Shown here piece after piece: positions 58,585 to 64,000 of a stretch of DNA of 64,000 nt. Positions within the stretch are counted from its first letter, which is position 1; every line of letters begins with the position of its first letter. Source of the DNA: Armatimonadota bacterium (GTDB lineage: Bacteria > Armatimonadota > UBA5829 > DSUL01). Under the pieces are notes generated by a model. The model saw only the letters and a program-made list of their open reading frames with translations, searched no databases and was not told the DNA's origin. The position numbers and the translations under genes are program-made. The stretch spans positions 64,001 through 128,000 of the forward strand of contig JBDHZC010000008.1 in the NCBI GenBank assembly GCA_039811685.1. Reading direction: 5' to 3'.

Positions 58585-58722
58585 CGCCTGACTCTCCTTC
58601 AGACACTGTGAGCAGAGGTTGCATCGTTGCTCACAGTTTTGCATGCGACGGGGCAGCTTTGCTGCTCTACTTCCAGTATACTACGCCGGTGGCCTGAGCG
58701 GGGAGATGAGTTTTTCTCAAAC

Positions 58723-59769
58723 TCAATGGAGTACAGTGATGTACTGGCTTCTTGAGTGCAGTGTAGGCGTTGGAGAAGTGTGCTCCAGCCAACCGTCCGC
58801 ACGAACCAGAGCTCCTGACGAGACGTTGTGTCCCTGGGCATCCACACGGATAAGGTATCCGCTTGCATCATCCAGAACGAAGCCTGCGCCAGTGACGGAG
58901 GTTGCGCGGCCAACCAGTGAAAAGACGTGAGACGAAGCGGCAAGCTCAGCAGGGGGATTAGACGCATCCCGGTTGTTTATGTAAGTTGGAGTTGCCGTAG
59001 TGTAAGAGGCAGATCCCACCGAGACATTGCCAAGGCCATCTGTGGCTTGCAGACCGAAAGAGTGCACTCCCTGTATGGGATCGGCCGTGGCAGAGAACAC
59101 CCAGATGCCATTCTCCAGCGTCATAGGCTGCCCATCCAGTAATACCTGCGACACCCCCGCCCCATCCGTAGCGGTCACTTCAATGCGAATCTGTTGACCG
59201 GCGAGAGCCGCCGGCGGTCTTATAAAGGCGCTTAGATCAGGCCCGCTTGCGTCAACGACAATCTCCGGGCCATCGACAAGCGTCGCCGGTACCGCGCCAT
59301 TGAAGCTGCTGAACTGTGACGCCGGGCTGCCGGTGCGGAAGGCCAGGCGGACCGAACCCTCCTGAGGACCCGCTTGAAAGTGAAGATACGCAAGATCTGA
59401 GACCAGCGTCGTCTGCTGCCCGCCCGGTGTGATGCCGGCTGCAAGACTCAGATTTCCCACCTGTGCCAGAATGTTGTTCTGCAGTACTACCGGGTACGGC
59501 TGTGCCGTGTAGCTACCGGAGACAAAAGTCAGCTTCTGAGGATCGTAGGCCACAAACGCCTGATAGCCCGCACATCCCGGCGCATCCAGATTGTCCTGGC
59601 TGAGTGTGAAGTCAATGGATGTTCCTGGTTTAACGTGGATGCCTGGGGCCGGACCGGTAATCTGAAGAGTTGGGCTGGCGCTGAGCCGTACAGCCAATAC
59701 CAGCGCCACAGTCAGTGGCGCAAGGGCAGAGCGCAAAAGAGTGAAAACCTGAGTTTGCGTGACAGACAA
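58723..59769 (-). CDS. Secreted cohesin-like, Ig-like and single OB-like module protein
   Basis: VKPGTSIDFTL..AGYQAFVAYDPQKLTFVSG..LAYLHF; VDASGP..ATDGAGV..ATDGLGN; FVLDDASG. Confidence 0.8.
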   Translation of the reverse strand: MSVTQTQVFTLLRSALAPLTVALVLAVRLSASPTLQITGPAPGIHVKPGTSIDFTLSQDNLDAPGCAGYQAFVAYDPQKLTFVSGSYTAQPYPVVLQNNILAQVGNLSLAAGITPGGQQTTLVSDLAYLHFQAGPQEGSVRLAFRTGSPASQFSSFNGAVPATLVDGPEIVVDASGPDLSAFIRPPAALAGQQIRIEVTATDGAGVSQVLLDGQPMTLENGIWVFSATADPIQGVHSFGLQATDGLGNVSVGSASYTTATPTYINNRDASNPPAELAASSHVFSLVGRATSVTGAGFVLDDASGYLIRVDAQGHNVSSGALVRADGWLEHTSPTPTLHSRSQYITVLH

Positions 59770-59992
59770 ATCGTGAAAGAACTCACTCAGAAGATTACAG
59801 ACTGACGAATGGTTGAGTTGTCTCTATTATACCACTGCTCGGAGCGTAGCCAGGGCCGGCAGGTCGCAAGGAACATTAGTCCGGTAAAGCGCACAGGCAA
59901 CAGCAATGGAATATAATGCTCCTTATCAACGTTATTGTAAGTGATCCTTTCTCCCGGAAACGATTCGGGAGATATATTGCCCCTGCCAGCCT

Positions 59993-60238
59993 ATGACCGT
60001 TACCCTCAGAATGTTTGCACAGCTTCGAGAAGCGCTCGGTGCGTCACAGACGGAGTTGACGCTGCCAGAAAACGCCACCGGTCTCGATGTTTGGGCTTGG
60101 GTCCGCAGCTCAGCGCCCTCACTTCAGCTACCCCGAGAGGTCTGCCGCCTGGCAGTGAACTGTGAGTTTGTCTCTTTTGACAAGATACTCAGCGACGGGG
60201 ACGAAGTCGCCATCCTCACTCCGGTGGCTGGTGGATGA
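59993..60238 (+). CDS. moaD: Molybdopterin synthase sulfur carrier
   Basis: FAQLRE, LAVN, DGDEVAI.TPVAGG (C-terminal GG). Confidence 0.93.
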   Translation: MTVTLRMFAQLREALGASQTELTLPENATGLDVWAWVRSSAPSLQLPREVCRLAVNCEFVSFDKILSDGDEVAILTPVAGG

Positions 60239-60675
60239 CACGCTTCGAGCTCACTGAGCGGCCGATTGACGTGCTTGCGCTACTGGCGTCCGTGGAGCAG
60301 AGTCAGGCTGGCGCAGTGAGTCTGTTTGTGGGGGCTGTCCGGGACCACAACGAATCAAAGGCTGTGTTGCGCCTGCAATACGAGGCCTATCCAGAGATGG
60401 CGTGCCGCGTCTGCGAACAAATTCTCGCAGACGCGCTGGCGCGATTTGACATCGTGAAGGCGGTCGCTGTTCATCGGACCGGAATGCTCGAGGTCGGTGA
60501 GGCTGCCGTCGCCATCGCCGTGTCCGCCGCGCATCGGGACGCGGCGTTCCGGGCCTGCCGATTCATCATTGACAGCATCAAAGAAAGCGCGCCAATCTGG
60601 AAGAAAGAGTTCTACGCGGACTCCGCCCGATGGGTAGTGTGCCACAGCCACAACGCCGCTGAGAGCGTCCTCTAG
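60235..60675 (+). CDS. moaE: Molybdopterin synthase catalytic subunit
   Basis: GAVSLFVG.VRDHN, YEAYPEMA, HRTG, SAAHR, PIWKKE. Confidence 0.95.
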   Translation: MTRFELTERPIDVLALLASVEQSQAGAVSLFVGAVRDHNESKAVLRLQYEAYPEMACRVCEQILADALARFDIVKAVAVHRTGMLEVGEAAVAIAVSAAHRDAAFRACRFIIDSIKESAPIWKKEFYADSARWVVCHSHNAAESVL

Positions 60676-61661
60676 TGGCGACCCTGGTTGACGGCTTTGG
60701 CCGTGTAGCCACAAATCTGCGCATTTCCGTGACAGATCGCTGCAACATGCGCTGCCGCTACTGCATGCCGGCGAAGGGTCTGGACTGGCTCCCGAAGGAC
60801 GAACTCCTGAGTTTTGAGGAAATCGCCCGGCTGACTCGCATCTTTGTCTCACTTGGTGTGGACAAGGTCCGCCTGACTGGCGGAGAGCCGCTGGTGCGTC
60901 CGGGACTTGCGCAACTGGTGGGCATGCTCTCCAATGTCCCAGAGCTGAAGGACCTGGGGCTTACGACGAACGGTTACTACCTGGAGCAACAGGTGTCCGA
61001 TCTGGTGAATGCCGGACTTCAACGCGTTAATGTCAGTCTGGACTCATTGAAGCCGGAGGTGTTCCGGGAAATTGTACGCCGCGATTTTTTCGAAAGAGTG
61101 ATTGCAGGGCTGCATGCGGCAAAGCAGACATCCCTGCGGCCCATCAAAGTGAATGTCGTGATGCTGCGAGGAATCAACGACAGTGAGATTGAGGCATTTG
61201 GGCATTTTGCGCGGACGGAAGGCTTCGTCGTGCGCTTCATCGAGTTTATGCCGATCGGCAAAGATGACGGCTGGACTCCGGACAGCGTCGTCCCGACCTC
61301 GGAGATAAAGGCACGGCTGGAAACTATCGCTGCGCTTCGGCCTCTCGAGGCAGACCATCAGTACCCCGCCGAGCGCTACGCGTTTGCGGACGGGCTGGGC
61401 GAGATTGGCTTTATCAGCTCTGTGACTGAGCCTTTCTGCGAAAGCTGCAACCGCATCCGTATCACCTCTGACGGCAAACTGAGGACGTGCCTGTTTGCGC
61501 TCGATGAGACCGACCTGCGCACGCCACTGCGCCGCGGAGTATCTGATGAAGAGCTTGCCGCGATTATCAAAGACGCGGTGTCAAGGAAGTGGGCAGGCCA
61601 CCTGATCAACCAGCCAGACTTTGTGAGACCCGACAGGACGATGTCCTCCATCGGCGGATAG
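60675..61661 (+). CDS. moaA: GTP 3',8-cyclase
   Basis: LRISVTDRCNMRCRYC, LTGGEP, FCESCNRIRITSDG.LRTCL, C-terminal IGG. Confidence 0.96.
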   Translation: MATLVDGFGRVATNLRISVTDRCNMRCRYCMPAKGLDWLPKDELLSFEEIARLTRIFVSLGVDKVRLTGGEPLVRPGLAQLVGMLSNVPELKDLGLTTNGYYLEQQVSDLVNAGLQRVNVSLDSLKPEVFREIVRRDFFERVIAGLHAAKQTSLRPIKVNVVMLRGINDSEIEAFGHFARTEGFVVRFIEFMPIGKDDGWTPDSVVPTSEIKARLETIAALRPLEADHQYPAERYAFADGLGEIGFISSVTEPFCESCNRIRITSDGKLRTCLFALDETDLRTPLRRGVSDEELAAIIKDAVSRKWAGHLINQPDFVRPDRTMSSIGG

Positions 61662-61735
61662 GCAGGAAAGAAAGCAGTTCGAGACGGCGCCAGTATCAAG
61701 TCCTCTGTCTGGAGCTTGACAACGACAGCCGTCCG

Positions 61736-62059
61736 CTACAACTGATATTTCGGGACAGATGAATCAATCCGGTCCGACCAGGCGTCAATTCCACCAGCGA
61801 GATTACGCACATTCTCGAAACCCGCTCTCTGAAGGATTTTCACTCCCTCAGCGCTCCTCCCGCCTGACTTGCACTGTACGATTGTCGGCCTTGCCGGGTC
61901 CAACTCACCAACGCGCCCCGGCAACTCTCCGAGCGGGATATTGCGCCCGCCGATTGTGGCGATCTCGCACTCAAACACTTCCCGAACGTCCAGCAACTCC
62001 AAATCCGCACCGGAATCCAGCAAAGCCTTCAATTCTTCGACAGTAGCGTCATTAGCCAT
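61736..62059 (-). CDS. Stand-alone rhodanese-like sulfurtransferase (MoeZ/MoeBR C-terminal type)
   Basis: LLDVRE, CKSGGRS, NLAGGIDAWS.RID.SVPKY; likely ATG at 62059. Confidence 0.88.
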   Translation of the reverse strand: MANDATVEELKALLDSGADLELLDVREVFECEIATIGGRNIPLGELPGRVGELDPARPTIVQCKSGGRSAEGVKILQRAGFENVRNLAGGIDAWSDRIDSSVPKYQL

Positions 62060-62218
62060 CGTTGTTTTTCTCAAGTTTCCTTTCTTGTAGTTCCCGCTCA
62101 GTTTTTCCGAAGCAGCCTGCCTGATTGAGGATATCGAGGATGTGCCGTGCTCAATGCAGGGCACGCGCAGGCGATGCAGAGCATGAGCTATCATTGACTG
62201 CAGGAGAAGCTACTTCTG

Positions 62219-63139
62219 ATGTTTGATATCTCGCGCAAAATCTTTACTGCCAGACAGGCTACGGCAGAGGCAACGCTGACAATCGCCGCTTCAACGCGAG
62301 ACGCCATCGCGCGCGGACAAGTCCCCAAAGGCGATCCTCTTTCCGTAGCTCGCGTCGCTGCGATTCAGGCAGCAAAGAACACATCGCAGATTATCCCCTA
62401 CTGTCATCCTTTGCCAACCGAATACGCAGGCGTGGAGTTTGAAGTGGGCGAGAAAAGCATCCGTGTACAGGCAACCATAAAGACGACCTACAAAACCGGC
62501 GTCGAGGTGGAAGCGCTCACCGCAGCATCCGTTGCCGCGCTCACGCTGTACGACATGCTGAAAATGCTGGATGACACGATGGAGATACAGAGTGTCCGGC
62601 TCATCAGCAAGAAGGGCGGAAAGGGCGACTTTCGCGACAATTTCGACAGAGAGCTGTCGGCAGCGGTGTTGGTGATGTCGGATACGGTCTCATCGGGGCA
62701 AAAGGAGGACAGATCGGGAAGGCTTATTGTGGATCGTCTGCAGCATGAAGGGCTCCGAGTTGAAGAATACCAGGTGATTCCTGATGATACGGACGCAATT
62801 CGAAGAGCCTTGGAACGATTTGCGGATGAGCTGCATCTCGATCTGATTGTCACAACCGGTGGCACCGGTTTCAGTCCCCGCGACACTACTCCTGAAGCGA
62901 TGAATGGACTGTTTGACCGGGAGATTCCGGGAATTGCGGAAGCGCTGCGAGCTTACGGCCAGGAGCGAACGCCCTACTCTATGCTTTCCCGCGGGCGCTC
63001 AGGTATTCGCGGAAACTCCCTGATCATCAACCTGCCAGGCTCTTCCAACGGCGTTTCAGAGTCCCTGGACATGCTCTTCCCGGCAATTCTGCACGCCTTT
63101 CCCATGCTTTGGGGCGGAAAGCACCCACCAGAACACTGA
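62219..63139 (+). CDS. moaCB: Bifunctional MoaC/MoaB molybdenum cofactor biosynthesis protein
   Basis: KGD, IPYCHP, TGVEVEAL, YDMLK; then SDT, DRSG, TTGGTGFSPRDTTPEA, NLPGS. Confidence 0.93.
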   Translation: MFDISRKIFTARQATAEATLTIAASTRDAIARGQVPKGDPLSVARVAAIQAAKNTSQIIPYCHPLPTEYAGVEFEVGEKSIRVQATIKTTYKTGVEVEALTAASVAALTLYDMLKMLDDTMEIQSVRLISKKGGKGDFRDNFDRELSAAVLVMSDTVSSGQKEDRSGRLIVDRLQHEGLRVEEYQVIPDDTDAIRRALERFADELHLDLIVTTGGTGFSPRDTTPEAMNGLFDREIPGIAEALRAYGQERTPYSMLSRGRSGIRGNSLIINLPGSSNGVSESLDMLFPAILHAFPMLWGGKHPPEH

Positions 63140-63143
63140 GACT

Positions 63144-63734
63144 GTGGCGATAGTTATTCTGGCGGGTGGGTTCAGCAGGCGGATGGGAAGTGACAAGGCG
63201 ACGCTGGATATTGGGGGACAGACGGTGCTGCAGTCGCTGGTGGACAGATTTCACGCCGTCTCTGGAGAAGTGATTGTGGTTTCGCGGGAGGATCAGGCTC
63301 TGAGCGTGAGAGGGGCGAAGATCGTCCGTGACAACTATGCGAATGCCGGCCCCGTAGCGGGTTTGCATGCGGGGCTGGTGGCGGCTGAGGAGACCGTGAA
63401 CTTTGTCATCGGCTGTGACTACCCTTTTGCCAGTAGAGAAGTCGCCAGAGCTCTGATCGGCGCTGTCGGACCACGGCTTGCGGCAGTGCCTGAAATCGGC
63501 GGACGGCTGCAACCGCTCTCTGCCGCCTACAGCAGATCCTGTCTGCCGGTTATCGAAGCTTTCATTGAATCTGGCAGACGACGGCTGACTGACCTGGTTG
63601 AAGAGATGAGTTGCGTGCGCGTCAGCGAGGAAGATATGAAGCGCATAGATCCAACGCTGCAGAGCTTTCTGAACGTTAATACTCCTCAGGATTACGCAAA
63701 AGCGCTGGAGATCCTTGCTGGTTCATCAGAATGA
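63144..63734 (+). CDS. mobA: Molybdenum cofactor guanylyltransferase
   Basis: LAGGFSRRMGSDKA, GPVAG, CDYP, NVNTPQD. Confidence 0.92.
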   Translation: MAIVILAGGFSRRMGSDKATLDIGGQTVLQSLVDRFHAVSGEVIVVSREDQALSVRGAKIVRDNYANAGPVAGLHAGLVAAEETVNFVIGCDYPFASREVARALIGAVGPRLAAVPEIGGRLQPLSAAYSRSCLPVIEAFIESGRRRLTDLVEEMSCVRVSEEDMKRIDPTLQSFLNVNTPQDYAKALEILAGSSE

Positions 63735-64000
63735 TGGGAACACTCTCCCCCGGCGCAACATCCCCGCGCTCTGACTCGATCACCGCGTAACAGTTGGCTC
63801 CGGTCATCGAGCTGAGTTGATGTGAGCCTTGCGCGCGAGTTGGCAGGACGCTCAACCTGTCACCGACTTTCGTGATCACGGCCCGGACATACTCCTCGCG
63901 TCCGGGGACGTGGGAAATCGGCCGTTCTGCAACAGCCTCCAGAGCCTGCGGCAGCAGACGGCAATGCCCACCCATTTTCCGCAATGCCGGGCCCACAAAT
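63676..64000 (-). CDS. moeA: Molybdopterin molybdotransferase MoeA, C-terminal fragment (start outside the window)
   Basis: PALRKM.G...GREEYVR...QGSHQLSSMTGANC...GE.V. Confidence 0.85.
   Translation of the reverse strand, partial: FVGPALRKMGGHCRLLPQALEAVAERPISHVPGREEYVRAVITKVGDRLSVLPTRAQGSHQLSSMTGANCYAVIESERGDVAPGESVPIILMNQQGSPALLRNPEEY

Noticed and set aside
59947..59975. Moco riboswitch upstream of moaD (hairpin TCTCCCGGA-AACGA-TTCGGGAGA)
   Set aside because: Only one hairpin; the other motif elements are absent.
61736..62194. 152-aa version of the rhodanese ORF
   Set aside because: The first 45 codons cover the divergent intergenic region and show no similarity to the family; ATG 62059 is more likely.
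1..64000. tRNA, rRNA, integrase, transposase or defence system
   Set aside because: No supporting motifs seen on either strand by eye.

Overview
About 64 kb of gene-dense bacterial chromosome, roughly 58-60% GC by eye. The gene repertoire suggests Armatimonadota (inference): a DUF1559-type prepilin with H-X9-DG, PEP-CTERM proteins, a solute-binding protein fused to a permease, and a recurrent C-terminal OB-fold-like module. I found no rRNA, tRNA, CRISPR array, integrase or transposase. In order, the window holds: a partial Gfo/Idh/MocA oxidoreductase not in the ORF track; an ABC exporter plus DUF1854; a repeat-rich secreted beta-helix protein; an epimerase plus DHDPS-like pair; a CBS protein; a PEP-CTERM gene broken by a 1-nt frameshift; an M55 peptidase; gnd-rpiB divergent from a Zn-UBP/SDR/HAD/LarA-homologue cluster, probably a mannonate-to-gluconate-to-pentose-phosphate route, with a highly structured intergenic RNA candidate between them; a large carbohydrate-utilisation region (clan GH-A and GH42-like enzymes, PL22-like protein, esterase, prepilin, unusual ABC permeases); a CPA2 antiporter with two RCK_N domains; gcvT-H-PA-PB plus a lipoate ligase; DUF2339; two GH141-like beta-helix paralogues; a sialate O-acetylesterase; a cluster of uncharacterised secreted, cohesin-like and PEP-CTERM proteins; and a Moco biosynthesis cluster. 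The most novel-looking signals are: (1) a C-terminal module shared by three unrelated secreted proteins, a candidate lineage-specific sorting or anchoring system; (2) a MalG permease whose large external loop is built from repeats of a GH42-type motif; (3) the structured RNA candidate at about 14.6 kb; (4) a pair of paralogues with an unrecognised domain at 54-56 kb.
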